A stretch of 64,000 bases of DNA, taken from the IMG/VR virus record IMGVR_UViG_3300020202_000001, positions 160,419 to 224,418 of that record; one strand, 5' to 3'. The notes beneath the pieces were generated by a model. The model ran no database searches, was not told the DNA's origin, and saw only the letters and a list, made by a program, of their open reading frames with translations. The translations under genes and the position numbers were made by a program. Shown piece after piece: positions 8,649-18,829 of this stretch (position 1 is its first letter; each line of letters starts with the position of its first letter).

Positions 8649-9716
8649 ATGTCGGAACCCCTGAACCCAGCGCTCTACCGCAACCTGAAGAGGGTCTTCG
8701 GCAAGGTGGTGATCTCGAACGAGGGCGTCGCCTTCGTCGGTCGCTACGTGCCGAAGATCGTCGAGGAGGGCGAGGAACTCTACATCGAGAACTCGGGCGA
8801 GTATTACCGGGTGAACTGCAACAAGTGCAGCGACACCCGGCACCGCCTGTACATCAACCACCGGTGGGCGAAGCGGGACGAGAAGGGCCGGCGGAACCTG
8901 TGGATGGCCGTCTGCTACAACGACCCCACCTGCTACTCCGACCAGGAATCCCGCGAGGAGCTGTACAACCGGCTGAGCGAGATCCGGGGCGTGCTGGAGG
9001 AGGCGAAGATCAAGCAGGGCGTCGTCCGCAAGGAGGCGTCGATCGTCGACCCGCCCGGCCCGATCATCACGCTCGACAAGCTGCCGCCGAACCACCCCGC
9101 CAACGTCTACCTCGCCGACCGGTACTTCGACCCCGAGCTGCTCGGGCGGACGTACGGCGTCGGGCTGGTGACGAACTCGATGTACTACCTCGCCCGCGAC
9201 CGCATCTACTTCCCGATCGTCCAGGACGGGAAGCTGCGGGGCTGGCAGTGCCGGTACGCCGGGGAGCTGGACTGGAAGGACAAGTCCAACCCGCCGAAGA
9301 GCTTCAACTGCCCGGACATGATGCGGGGCCACCTGCTGTACGGCCTCGACCAGGCGAAGCGCTACCAGACCGGGGTCCTCGTCGAGGGGCCGACGTCGCG
9401 GCTCAACTTCGGGCCGATGGCGATGGCCTCGCTCGGGTTCCCGATCACGAACAACCAGTCCCGCTTGGTCGTGCCGCACTTCAAGGACCACTCGATGGTC
9501 ATGCTGTTCGACCCCGACGTGCTGGAGAGCCCGTCGATGAAGCGGAAGTACGACCAGGTGTACGACGAGCTGAAGGACCAGTTTCGACACGGGCTCGCGG
9601 CGGTCGCGCTGCCCAAGCCTTACGACCCGGCCGACCTCGATCGGTACTGGGTCCGGGAGTACGTCCGCCGCGAGGCCAAGGCCCAAGGGGTCAAGGTGCG
9701 GTGGGAGAAACGGTGA
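8649..9716 (+). CDS. DnaG-type primase
   Basis: N-terminal Zn motif (CNKC...H...C), IYFPI...GWQCR, Toprim VEGP and FDPD; directly after the helicase. Confidence 0.82.
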   Translation: MSEPLNPALYRNLKRVFGKVVISNEGVAFVGRYVPKIVEEGEELYIENSGEYYRVNCNKCSDTRHRLYINHRWAKRDEKGRRNLWMAVCYNDPTCYSDQESREELYNRLSEIRGVLEEAKIKQGVVRKEASIVDPPGPIITLDKLPPNHPANVYLADRYFDPELLGRTYGVGLVTNSMYYLARDRIYFPIVQDGKLRGWQCRYAGELDWKDKSNPPKSFNCPDMMRGHLLYGLDQAKRYQTGVLVEGPTSRLNFGPMAMASLGFPITNNQSRLVVPHFKDHSMVMLFDPDVLESPSMKRKYDQVYDELKDQFRHGLAAVALPKPYDPADLDRYWVREYVRREAKAQGVKVRWEKR

Positions 9717-9723
9717 GGTCGGC

Positions 9724-10092
9724 ATGGAAGCTGAGCACGTCAAGGCAGCCGCGTTTCGCGACCCGGAGACGGGCCACGTAACCGAGGGCGACTACCACGT
9801 CGACGCAGAACTCAACAGCCCCAGAGCCGACCGGCTGCGGTCGGAGGGGTACGAGGACGGCGGGGCCGTCATCGAGAAGATGATGTTCCAGCTCGGGGAG
9901 GCGTTCCACGACGCGGAGGGGTTCGTGACCAGCACGGGCCGCTTCGTGAGCCGGCACGAGGCGCTGACGGTGGCCAAGGCCGCCGAGCAGCGCATCGGCG
10001 GCAGGGTGGACCGAAAGACCTGGCTGAACTCGGAAGATCTCGAACATGACGACCGTTACATGCCACCCGCTGAGCAACTATGCAGCGCGTGA
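9724..10092 (+). CDS. hypothetical phage protein
   Basis: GFVTSTGRFVSRHEA motif typical of a small phage protein family (recognised by eye). Confidence 0.7.
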   Translation: MEAEHVKAAAFRDPETGHVTEGDYHVDAELNSPRADRLRSEGYEDGGAVIEKMMFQLGEAFHDAEGFVTSTGRFVSRHEALTVAKAAEQRIGGRVDRKTWLNSEDLEHDDRYMPPAEQLCSA

Positions 10093-10255
10093 GGCCCGGC
10101 GACAGTGGATGCGGCACTTCCGCCGGGTCTACCTCGACCGGACGGGCCTGCACTACATCGGCCCGATCACCGAGCTGCAGATGTTCCTCAACTGCAACTA
10201 CCTGCCGGAGACGGCGGTCTACCAGCTGACCGGGGTCGGCGGGGCCTGGATCTAA
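10046..10255 (+). CDS. small hypothetical protein
   Basis: coding-like GC3 bias; stop codon lies inside a palindrome copy. Confidence 0.55.
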   Translation: MTTVTCHPLSNYAAREARRQWMRHFRRVYLDRTGLHYIGPITELQMFLNCNYLPETAVYQLTGVGGAWI

Positions 10256-10272
10256 AAACCGGTTTTGAGATC
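10249..10272. promoter_or_regulatory. 24-bp palindrome copy upstream of the DNA polymerase
   Basis: gatcta-aaaa-ccgg-tttt-gagatc. Confidence 0.85.
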
Positions 10273-10282
10273 GGTGAGTCAC

Positions 10283-13200
10283 ATGCAGACAGTGAAGAAA
10301 CGACGCAAGATCATCACCGACCTCGACGCCGACGCGAAGAAGGCGGAAGCGAGGGCGGCACACAAGGAGATCGGTGGCAGCGGGCTGTACCCGCTCGACG
10401 CCCCGGGCATGCCCCTGCCCGGCCCCGACTTCATGGAACACGCCCGCAACCTGGGCGACCTCTCGGACTTCAAGAAGGTGAAGGTCGAGGGGCAGGGCAA
10501 GAAGAAGACCGACACGGTGCTCGACTCGATCGGCGACAAGCTGGTCGAGCTGCACCGCAGGGCTCTCCGCGAGCCCGGGTTCACGATGCCGATCCAGACG
10601 AAGCCGGGCATGCGCAAGAGCGTGCCGTTCGTGCCGGGTCACATCTGGGGCCAGTACATGAAGGAGTACGAGGCGGGCGACCGGATCGCGGTCGACGGCC
10701 CCCGCCCGGCCGACGTCATGGTCCTCGGCAAGATGCCGGGCAAGACGGAGGTGCAGGAAGGCCGGAACATGGTCGGCGAGTCCGGCAAGCTGCTGATCGA
10801 CGTGATCCGCGAGCACCACATCAAGGGCTCGCCGAACTGGTACGTGACGAACGTGCTGAAGTTCCAGCCGCCGGACAGCAGCGGCACGATCAAGGCCCCG
10901 TGGCTCAAGGACTGCATGCCGCTGCTCCACCAGGAGCTGCGGATCGTGCGGCCGAAGTACATCCTCTGCCTCGGGGCCGACGCGTCCAAGGCCCTGCTCG
11001 GGCCGAAGTACGGCGTCGACTACATGGACGGCCGGGTGATGGAGCTGGAGTACCCGGTCCACATGGAGGCGACGGACGACCCGGACAAGGTGCTGATGCA
11101 CAAGGCCCTGGTCATGACGGTCGTCCACCCGGCGGCCGTCGTCCGCGCCCCCGAGCAGCGCCGCCGGCTGGAGCGGGGCATGGCCCGCTTCGCGATGCTC
11201 CAGAACGGCATCCGGTTCGACAAGGAAGAGGTCGACATCGACCACCGGACGATCCGCACGCTGGAGCAGCTCCAGGCCCTGCTGCACGAGATCGACCACG
11301 ACCCCTACAAGAAGGACGACTGGATCTCGTTCGACGCGGAGTGGAACGGCGAGCACCCGCAGAACAAGGGCAGCTACGTCCGCACGATGCAGCTGGCGTG
11401 GCGGCCGAAGCACGCGGCCGCGATCATCTGGTCCGACACGACCGGCAAGTTCGTCTTCTGCGACGAGGACGGCAAGCCGGCCAAGAAGCGGGCGATCAAG
11501 CTGCTGAACGAGTGGTTCGCGACCAAGCGGATCACGATGCACTTCGGGGTGGCCGACCTGGAGTGGATGCAGTTCATCGGCCTGACCGAGCTGGCGAAGC
11601 GGTACCGGGTCCCGCTGTACGACAAGTTCTTCGGCGAGTTCGAGAAGCCACAGCGGAAGAAGCTGCGGAAGATGGGCTTCGCCCCCGGCGACCTCGTGCC
11701 GGCCTGGGTCCGCACCCACTTCGAGGGCGGGCACGACACCGGCCTCGCCGGCCACGCGATCGAGGAGACCGCCCAGCTCGGCCTCGAAGTGCTGGCGATG
11801 CGGTACACGACGTGCCCCCGGTACGACATCCCGCTCCACAACTGGAAGGAGGCGTTCTGCAAGGAGAAGGGGTACAAGGCCAAGGACCTCGAAGGGTACG
11901 GCCCCTGCCCCGACGAGATCATCGTGCCGTACGGCTGCTACGACGCGGACGCGACCCTGCGGCTGATGTACGAGCAGCTCCCGCTGATCGACAACGACTA
12001 CGAGGGCAACTGCTGCCGGGAGAGCTTCTGGGAGTCGATGCTCACCGTGGGGCCGATCCTGGAGATGCACTGCACGGGCATCCCGGTCGACCGCAAGCGG
12101 ATCGACTTCCTGACGGCCGCGTTCATGAAGGCCCGGGCCGAGCAGGAGGAGAAGATCCGCAAGTGGGCGAGGTGGCCGGAGTTCAACATCCGGTCCGTCA
12201 CCCAGGTGCGGGAGTTCCTGTTCGGCGAGAAGTACAACGGCAAGAAGACCCCGACCGGCGACATCGTCAGCGTCCGCCCCCGCAAGGGCGTGGACGGGGC
12301 GAAGCACACCGCCAAGAGCCTCTACCTCGAACCGATCCTCGACACGTCCAAGCCGCCCAAGGCGTGGTTCGACATCAAGGACAAGGGGCTCGAACACGAG
12401 CACACGCCCGGGACCGGCAAGACGATCCTCGGCGTGCTCGCGCAGGAGAACCAGGAGCAGAGCGAGTACGTCCAGTGGATTCGCGACTACCGGTTCCTCG
12501 ACCAGGTCCTCAAGAGCGTGCTCCGGCCGCCCGTGGTGGACAAGGACGGAGAGGTCGTGCGGGACGAGACGGCCGAGGCGGCCAGCAGCATCGACGCCTC
12601 GACCGGGCAGGAGGCCAGCCCGTACAGCTTCGGGCGGGACAACCTCGGCGGCGTGGTCTACGACGCCGGGCTCGCGGCCGTGATCTGCGGCGACGGCCGG
12701 GTGCGGACGCACCTGTACCCGACCACCGAGACCAAGCGGTGGCGGTCGGCCCGGCCGAACCTGCAGAACATGTCGAAGCGGCGGGACCCCGACTACACCC
12801 GCCTGCTGGGCGGCACGAAGAACGAGAAGGGCAAGTGGGTCGGCGGCGACTACAAGTACAAGCTGCGGTCGCTGCTGCACGCCATCCCCGGGCACGTCCT
12901 GGTCGAGGCGGACTTCATCGGCGCGGAGCTGTACCTGATGGCGGTCATGTCGGGCGACCCGACGATGATCGAGCACGCCACGCGGAACCAGCTGCCCGAG
13001 GACGACCCGCTCTACTACGACATCCACTCCAACGTCGCCGTGCTCGCCTTCAACCTGAAGTGCGAGCCGACGAAGAAGGGGCTGGAGTCGATCGGGAAGG
13101 TGTCCCTCCGCATCGCGGCGAAGAACGTGATCTTCGGCGTCGCCTACGGGCGGCAGGCGAAGGCGATCGCGCTGCAGTGCAAGGAGGAGGGCAACCCGAT

Positions 13201-13756
13201 CACGGTGCAGCAGGCGCAGATCATCATCGACATCGTGTTCCAGCTGTACCCGGGGCTCAAGCCGTTCTTCACCGAGGCCCAGCAGCGGTCGAAGGACCCC
13301 CGCTGGATCTGCTCGTGCTTCGGGGCGTTCCGCCGGTTCCCGCAGACCGACGACTTCTCGCTGCAGGGCGAGTTCGAGCGGCAGGCGATGAACTTCGGGA
13401 TTCAGTCGGGCATCGCCTCGGCCATGGACCGGGCGCTGGCCTACATGGAGGACTATCGCAACAACACGATCGGGGACCCGGACTTCTTCAAGTTCGCCCT
13501 CCAGATCCACGACGCCGTCCTGCTGCACGTCCCCTACGCCAACGTCGAGCGGGTCGTCGAGGACGTGCTGCCGTACAACCTGACCAAGCGGGTCGAGATC
13601 TACCCGACCACGCTCGACGGGGTGCCCACCGGCGAGGGTCCGTACCACCTGGGCATCGACACCGAGATCTTCGACCACTGGGGCGAGCCGCTCACGCCGA
13701 ACTTCTGCGAGGAGCACGGCATCCCCCTCAAGTACGCCAAAGGAAAGGCAGCGTGA
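10283..13756 (+). CDS. family A DNA polymerase with N-terminal uracil-DNA glycosylase-like domain
   Basis: UDG-4-like VMVLGKMPG..E..G..VGESG, YVTNVLK, HPA; exonuclease FDAE and YDAD; motif A EADFIGAEL, motif B RIAAKNVIFGVAYG, motif C QIHDA. Confidence 0.92.
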   Translation: MQTVKKRRKIITDLDADAKKAEARAAHKEIGGSGLYPLDAPGMPLPGPDFMEHARNLGDLSDFKKVKVEGQGKKKTDTVLDSIGDKLVELHRRALREPGFTMPIQTKPGMRKSVPFVPGHIWGQYMKEYEAGDRIAVDGPRPADVMVLGKMPGKTEVQEGRNMVGESGKLLIDVIREHHIKGSPNWYVTNVLKFQPPDSSGTIKAPWLKDCMPLLHQELRIVRPKYILCLGADASKALLGPKYGVDYMDGRVMELEYPVHMEATDDPDKVLMHKALVMTVVHPAAVVRAPEQRRRLERGMARFAMLQNGIRFDKEEVDIDHRTIRTLEQLQALLHEIDHDPYKKDDWISFDAEWNGEHPQNKGSYVRTMQLAWRPKHAAAIIWSDTTGKFVFCDEDGKPAKKRAIKLLNEWFATKRITMHFGVADLEWMQFIGLTELAKRYRVPLYDKFFGEFEKPQRKKLRKMGFAPGDLVPAWVRTHFEGGHDTGLAGHAIEETAQLGLEVLAMRYTTCPRYDIPLHNWKEAFCKEKGYKAKDLEGYGPCPDEIIVPYGCYDADATLRLMYEQLPLIDNDYEGNCCRESFWESMLTVGPILEMHCTGIPVDRKRIDFLTAAFMKARAEQEEKIRKWARWPEFNIRSVTQVREFLFGEKYNGKKTPTGDIVSVRPRKGVDGAKHTAKSLYLEPILDTSKPPKAWFDIKDKGLEHEHTPGTGKTILGVLAQENQEQSEYVQWIRDYRFLDQVLKSVLRPPVVDKDGEVVRDETAEAASSIDASTGQEASPYSFGRDNLGGVVYDAGLAAVICGDGRVRTHLYPTTETKRWRSARPNLQNMSKRRDPDYTRLLGGTKNEKGKWVGGDYKYKLRSLLHAIPGHVLVEADFIGAELYLMAVMSGDPTMIEHATRNQLPEDDPLYYDIHSNVAVLAFNLKCEPTKKGLESIGKVSLRIAAKNVIFGVAYGRQAKAIALQCKEEGNPITVQQAQIIIDIVFQLYPGLKPFFTEAQQRSKDPRWICSCFGAFRRFPQTDDFSLQGEFERQAMNFGIQSGIASAMDRALAYMEDYRNNTIGDPDFFKFALQIHDAVLLHVPYANVERVVEDVLPYNLTKRVEIYPTTLDGVPTGEGPYHLGIDTEIFDHWGEPLTPNFCEEHGIPLKYAKGKAA

Positions 13757-14487
13757 TGAACCGAGAGACCATCTCATTCCCGCCCCTGTCGCCGCGACTG
13801 TTGGAACGGCTCAAAGGAGCCTTCATCGTCGTGGACGGCATGAACGGGTCCGGCAAGACGACCGTCTCGACCCTGCTCGTAGACGTCATCCGCGACGCGC
13901 GGCGGCGGGCGGACCCGTCGTGCGACAACGTGACCTACCCGGACTGGGTCGCCCACTTCCGAGAGCCGGGCGGCACCGCGTACGGCGAGAAGCTCCGCGA
14001 GCTGCTGATCGCCCCCGGCGTGGGGGACGTGTGCCCGGAGACCCAGGCCCTGATGTTCATGGCCGCCCGGGCGCAACTCGTGCGGGAGAAGACCCACCCG
14101 CTGCGTCGCGCCGGCTTCACCGTCGTGTGCGACCGCTGGGCCTCGACGACGTTCGCCTACCAGGGCGGGGGCGGCGGGATGGACTACATCGTGATCGACG
14201 ACATCTACGACGCGGCCGTGCCGGACGACCTACGGCCGGACCTCGTCCTGATCCTCGACGTCCCCGTCGAGTCGGCGGTGAAGCGGCTGCAGGCCGCCGA
14301 CCCGACCAACAACCGGTGGCGGGAGATGTCCGAGTCGTTCTACCGCAACGTCCGCACGGGGTACGCCAAGTGGCAGGACATGTACCCGGCCGTGACCCGG
14401 GTCGTGGACGCCAACGCGAGGCTCCAGACGGTCCTCGACCGGGTCGTCGAGGCCGCCGAGGAGTTCTTCCAACCGAAGGAGCTGTGA
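13756..14487 (+). CDS. tmk: thymidylate kinase
   Basis: VVDGMNGSGKTT, REPGG, CDRWASTTFAYQG, PDLVLILDV; TGATG overlap with the polymerase stop. Confidence 0.9.
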   Translation: MNRETISFPPLSPRLLERLKGAFIVVDGMNGSGKTTVSTLLVDVIRDARRRADPSCDNVTYPDWVAHFREPGGTAYGEKLRELLIAPGVGDVCPETQALMFMAARAQLVREKTHPLRRAGFTVVCDRWASTTFAYQGGGGGMDYIVIDDIYDAAVPDDLRPDLVLILDVPVESAVKRLQAADPTNNRWREMSESFYRNVRTGYAKWQDMYPAVTRVVDANARLQTVLDRVVEAAEEFFQPKEL

Positions 14488-14519
14488 CCCCCCGTTAGGG
14501 TGGTATCCGGCTCGCCTTC

Positions 14520-14528
14520 TGCTACAAT
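14520..14528 (+). promoter_or_regulatory. extended -10 promoter
   Basis: TGC-TACAAT followed by a leader hairpin cgaccact/agtggtcg and RBS taggag. Confidence 0.5.
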
Positions 14529-14599
14529 GCGACCACTCAATCCGGGTCCCCGAAGGTTCCCCAGTGGTCGAGAGAAACCAGTTCTAGGAGACAGATCCC

Positions 14600-16753
14600 A
14601 TGGCTCGAAACCGAGGCCTCAAGCCCCGCTCCAGCGGGCAGTACGACAACCGTTCCCACGGCCGGCGCGAGGGCGGCGGCCCGCCGGACGACCGGACGAT
14701 CAACACCCAGGTGGCCCGCGTGAACCTGGTGCGTGCGCGGTGGAAGGAGGGGCCGCTGATCGCCCGCCCGTGGCCGGCGCTGGGGTACGAGGACCCGACG
14801 CAGCTCGTGCCGGGCCGCAAGCACATCGACAGCCACGGCCAGAACCACTGGATCGTGCGTGCCCCGGTGGCGAAGTACATCGGCATCCACGAGCACTTCA
14901 CCTTCATCCTCTACAAGCCGTGGGAGGTGGAGACGAACCCGGAGGTCAAGAAGAACAACCCGTACCTCGTGCTCTACCGCGCGGCGAAGGCGGCCCTCAA
15001 GGCCGGCAACTTCGGCCCCGGGCGGAAGTGGGACGCGGACTGGAACAAGCTGATGCCGACGATCGGCGGCGACGACACGGGCGGTGCCCCGATGTCCAAC
15101 CCGAACGCGGTCGGCTTCTTCCAGGGCGAGATCTACGCCAACGGCGACAAGGACTACATCGGCAACGACCGCACCCTGCCGCTCGGCGCGGCGGACGGCG
15201 ACGACCTGCAGGTGGTCCAGATCGCCGGGGCCGCGTTCGACCGGCTGCTCGATCTGCTCGACACGCCCAAGCCGGACGCGGAGGGTGACGAGGAGAAGGA
15301 GCCCTGGAAGTTCTTCAAGTTCGGCGACCCGACCGGCGTCCCGCAGGAGGACGGCAGCGTCGAGGGCGGCAAGTTCATCTACGTCTTCAACCCCAAGCGG
15401 GCGAAGGTGAAGGACGGCGACAAGGGCAAGATCGTCACCGTGGGCGGGCAGAGCTTCATGCTCAGCCGGTCCAGCTGGGAGGGCAAGATCAGCCAGACCC
15501 AGGGGTACGAGACGGCCCTGGCCAGCGTGTTCAAGAGCGAGGACGGGACGAAGTTCACGCCCGACCTCGACAACGACCGGGCCGAGCGCGTCCGCGACAC
15601 GTTCCAGTTCTGGTGGGACGACGAGGAGAGCGGGCAGAAGGGCCTGCTCAAGGTCCCCTCGATCGAGGAGCAGTGCGTGCTGATCGCCCGCGCGTTCCAG
15701 GACGTCCCCAAGCTGCTGACGTATGCCTGGGGCGACCACGACGAGTTCCTGTCCGGCGAGGTGCAGGACATCCTCAAGCAGAAGCGCACGGCGGCCATGC
15801 CGGGCGACGACGACGAGCGTGACGCCGCCCGCGGCGACGACGACGACGATGACGTGGAGGGCGACGACGACGACGACGCGCCGAAGGCGGGCAAGAAGGT
15901 CCGCACCGACCCCACGCAGAAGACCGGCAAGAAGAAGCCGGCCGACGACGAGGACGACGACACGGACGGCGACGACGATGACGACGCCGACGAGAAGCCG
16001 GCCGCCGGCAAGAAGGGCGACAAGAAGAAGCCCGCCAAGAAGGACGATGACGAGGACGACGACGCCGACGACGACACGGACGCGGAGAACGCGGACGATG
16101 ACGACGCCGGCGACGACGACGATGACGCCGACGACACGGACGACACCGGCGACGACGAGGACGAGGCCGAGGGCGAAGCCGAGGCGGGCGACGACGACGA
16201 TGACGCCGACGACTCGGACGACGACGAGGCCGGTGACGATGACGACGACACCGACGAGGACGCTGGCGACGACGACGACGCTGACGACACCGACGACGAT
16301 GACGCCGGTGACGACGACGACGACGACGCGGACGCGCCCAAGCCCGGCAAGAAGGGCGACAAGAAGCCGGCGGGCAAGGCCGACAAGAAGCCGGCCGGCA
16401 AGAAGGACGACGACGACGAGAACGCCGGCTACTTCGCCGAGGGCGACGACGACAAGAAGCCCGCGGGCAAGAAGGGCGACAAGAAGCCGGCCGCGAAGAA
16501 GGACGACGACGACGACGCGGACGATGACGACGCCGGCGACGACGCCGACGACGACAAGACCGCGTCGATGAAGAAGTCCACGGACGCCGCCCGCGACCGC
16601 GCGGGCAAGCGTGCCAACCTGCCGCCCGACAAGAAGGGCGACGGGAAGAAGCCCGCCGCCGACAAGAAGCCGGCCGACAAGCCGGCGGACAAGAAGGCGG
16701 ACAAGAAGCCGGCGGATAAGCCCGCCGCCGGCAAGACCGGCAAGAAGAAGTAG
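14600..16753 (+). CDS. probable ssDNA-binding protein with very long Asp-rich and Lys-rich tail
   Basis: about 400-aa aromatic-rich globular N-terminus followed by about 300 aa of D-rich and KKPA repeats; sits between tmk and recA. SSB call is inference. Confidence 0.5.
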   Translation: MARNRGLKPRSSGQYDNRSHGRREGGGPPDDRTINTQVARVNLVRARWKEGPLIARPWPALGYEDPTQLVPGRKHIDSHGQNHWIVRAPVAKYIGIHEHFTFILYKPWEVETNPEVKKNNPYLVLYRAAKAALKAGNFGPGRKWDADWNKLMPTIGGDDTGGAPMSNPNAVGFFQGEIYANGDKDYIGNDRTLPLGAADGDDLQVVQIAGAAFDRLLDLLDTPKPDAEGDEEKEPWKFFKFGDPTGVPQEDGSVEGGKFIYVFNPKRAKVKDGDKGKIVTVGGQSFMLSRSSWEGKISQTQGYETALASVFKSEDGTKFTPDLDNDRAERVRDTFQFWWDDEESGQKGLLKVPSIEEQCVLIARAFQDVPKLLTYAWGDHDEFLSGEVQDILKQKRTAAMPGDDDERDAARGDDDDDDVEGDDDDDAPKAGKKVRTDPTQKTGKKKPADDEDDDTDGDDDDDADEKPAAGKKGDKKKPAKKDDDEDDDADDDTDAENADDDDAGDDDDDADDTDDTGDDEDEAEGEAEAGDDDDDADDSDDDEAGDDDDDTDEDAGDDDDADDTDDDDAGDDDDDDADAPKPGKKGDKKPAGKADKKPAGKKDDDDENAGYFAEGDDDKKPAGKKGDKKPAAKKDDDDDADDDDAGDDADDDKTASMKKSTDAARDRAGKRANLPPDKKGDGKKPAADKKPADKPADKKADKKPADKPAAGKTGKKK
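15826..16753 (+). repeat. low-complexity gac/gat and aagaagccg(gcc) coding repeats
   Basis: poly-Asp runs and recurring GKKGDKKPA / DKKPA units. Confidence 0.85.
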
Positions 16754-16848
16754 CCCGCCGGCGCTACACCTGATCCGACGCCCGGAACGGGGGCGGGTGC
16801 CACTAGGACCCGCCCCCGCTCCTGCGTACACCCCTGAGGAACCTCGAC

Positions 16849-18384
16849 ATGCCGAAACAGGAACGCAAGGCACGGAAGCCGGTCCCCGTCGCGAAGCGAC
16901 AGCCCCGCGACGAGGACGACGGCGAGGAGACGAAGGCCGCGAAGCCGGCCGCCAAGCCGGCAGCCTCGGAGAAGGCCACCGGGTCCGCCCCCGGCACGCT
17001 CAAGCGCCGCTTGAAGCCCCGGGAGGACCCCACCGGCGCGAGCACCGGTCCGAACGACCGTGTTCACGCCCCGCGGCCCGTCCACAGCCTCGACAACCGG
17101 GACCTCTCCAAGATCCCCAAGAAGGGCAAGCAGCGCCTCGCCGAGTGGCGGGGCCAGAACCACGGCAAGAAGCTCGACAAGTACATGCAGGGCATGATGA
17201 GTGCCTCGCGTCGAAAGTTCGGCCACAACGCCGTGTTCGCGGGGCACACCGACGAGAACATGATCGTCGGCATCCCGTGCCCGCTCGCCTTCGAGTACCT
17301 GCTCTGCCAGGACGTCTTCCCCCTCGGCCTCATCTACCAGATCGTCGGTCTGGCGGGCTCGCTCAAGAGTTCGCTGATCTACGAGATCATGCGCTGGTTC
17401 CGCAACGCCGGCGGCGGCTCGCACCTTGAGGAGGTGGAGACGAAGTTCTCCCCAGAACTCATGCGGTCGATCGTCGGGTACGCGGAGGACGAGACGAACG
17501 TCATCGTCGACCGGTGCGACTCGGTCGAGGACTGGCAGCGGAAACTGCTCTACAACATCGACCAGCAGAAGGAGCTGCTGACCTGGGAGGACAAGGCCAA
17601 CAAGATCCCGGGTCCGGGTCGAACGGTGCCCATCTGCTTCGCGGTCGACAGCGTCAGCGGCAAGCTGAGCATGGAGACGCAGGAGAAGGTCAACGACCAG
17701 GGCTTCCACGGCCGGTCGTTCCCGATCGAGGCGATGAGCATCACCGGGTTCATGAAGACCGTGCCCCAGATGATCGACGGGTGGCCGTTCGCGCTGGTGC
17801 TGAACAACCACCTGAAGATGGGCAAGGACGACCAGGGCCACGACGTCCGGCGGATCACCGGCGGCGCGGGCCTGAACTTCCAGGAGTCGTTCGAGCTGGA
17901 GACGAAGGTCCGCAAGTCGAAGATCGAGTGCTCCGAGTGGGAGGGCATCCAGATCGGCATCCGCTGCACGAAGAACTCGTTCGGCCCCACGCACCGCCGC
18001 ATCGACGCACGCATGCTGTGGTGGGAGGAGATGAACGAGGAGACGGGCGACTACGACCAGATCACCCGCTGGGACTGGCACTGGTCCACCGTGCAGCTGC
18101 TGACCGGCGAGAACATGCTGAGCGCCATGATCCGGGCTCGGCTGAAGGAAGCCGGCGTCCACGTCGACGCGCCGAAGAAGGCCGACGTGGAGAACCTCGC
18201 GTGGAGCAAGAACCTCGGCATGAAGAAGGAAGACGCCGTGCCGTGGAGCGAACTCGGCGCGATGATCGCCAAGGACACCGTTCTGTTGAACACCATCAGG
18301 CAGTGCCTCGGCATCAAGCGCCGCCCGCTCCTGCAGGGCGACTACCTCCAGCAACTGGAAGGGCTGCGAGAGCAGCTCCCGTGA
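16849..18384 (+). CDS. RecA/UvsX-like recombinase
   Basis: variant Walker A GLAGSLKSS, Walker B VDSV, LNNHL, ITGGAGLNF, CTKNSFG. Confidence 0.8.
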   Translation: MPKQERKARKPVPVAKRQPRDEDDGEETKAAKPAAKPAASEKATGSAPGTLKRRLKPREDPTGASTGPNDRVHAPRPVHSLDNRDLSKIPKKGKQRLAEWRGQNHGKKLDKYMQGMMSASRRKFGHNAVFAGHTDENMIVGIPCPLAFEYLLCQDVFPLGLIYQIVGLAGSLKSSLIYEIMRWFRNAGGGSHLEEVETKFSPELMRSIVGYAEDETNVIVDRCDSVEDWQRKLLYNIDQQKELLTWEDKANKIPGPGRTVPICFAVDSVSGKLSMETQEKVNDQGFHGRSFPIEAMSITGFMKTVPQMIDGWPFALVLNNHLKMGKDDQGHDVRRITGGAGLNFQESFELETKVRKSKIECSEWEGIQIGIRCTKNSFGPTHRRIDARMLWWEEMNEETGDYDQITRWDWHWSTVQLLTGENMLSAMIRARLKEAGVHVDAPKKADVENLAWSKNLGMKKEDAVPWSELGAMIAKDTVLLNTIRQCLGIKRRPLLQGDYLQQLEGLREQLP

Positions 18385-18388
18385 CACG

Positions 18389-18802
18389 ATGACCCTTCCC
18401 GCAAAGCCCGCCTCGGCGGGCACCAGGACATCCACACTCCCCGAGCTGCCGGTCGTGCCGGCGGTTCGGGGAGAGGTGTTCCCGGACGGCTTCAAACCCC
18501 TCGACGACGTCATCACGCTCGAACGGACGATCACTGTCTCGAAACGGATCAAGGTCGTCGGTAAGCTGACCACGAAGGGCGGCAACGCGGCGATCAAGGT
18601 CGAGCCCTGGTCGACCGACCGGCACCGCCGGATCGCCGACGACGCCGTGCCGTTCGACGACCTCGACGCCACCGTGGTCGCGATGAACTTCCTCAAGTCC
18701 TGGCTGAAGACGGAGGGCGAGCGGCTGGTGATCGCCGAGGCCCCCGCCGTGAAGGAACCGCCCGAGCGGCGGCCCGATGACGACGATGACGACGGCGAAT
18801 AA
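18389..18802 (+). CDS. hypothetical protein
   Basis: 137-aa ORF, high GC3, acidic C-terminus. Confidence 0.7.
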   Translation: MTLPAKPASAGTRTSTLPELPVVPAVRGEVFPDGFKPLDDVITLERTITVSKRIKVVGKLTTKGGNAAIKVEPWSTDRHRRIADDAVPFDDLDATVVAMNFLKSWLKTEGERLVIAEAPAVKEPPERRPDDDDDDGE

Positions 18803-18829
18803 CCCACGCGTTCGGACACCCGACACATC

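Noticed and set aside
14572-14590. gaaaccagttct as a palindrome variant
   Set aside because: Too many mismatches and no GATC arms
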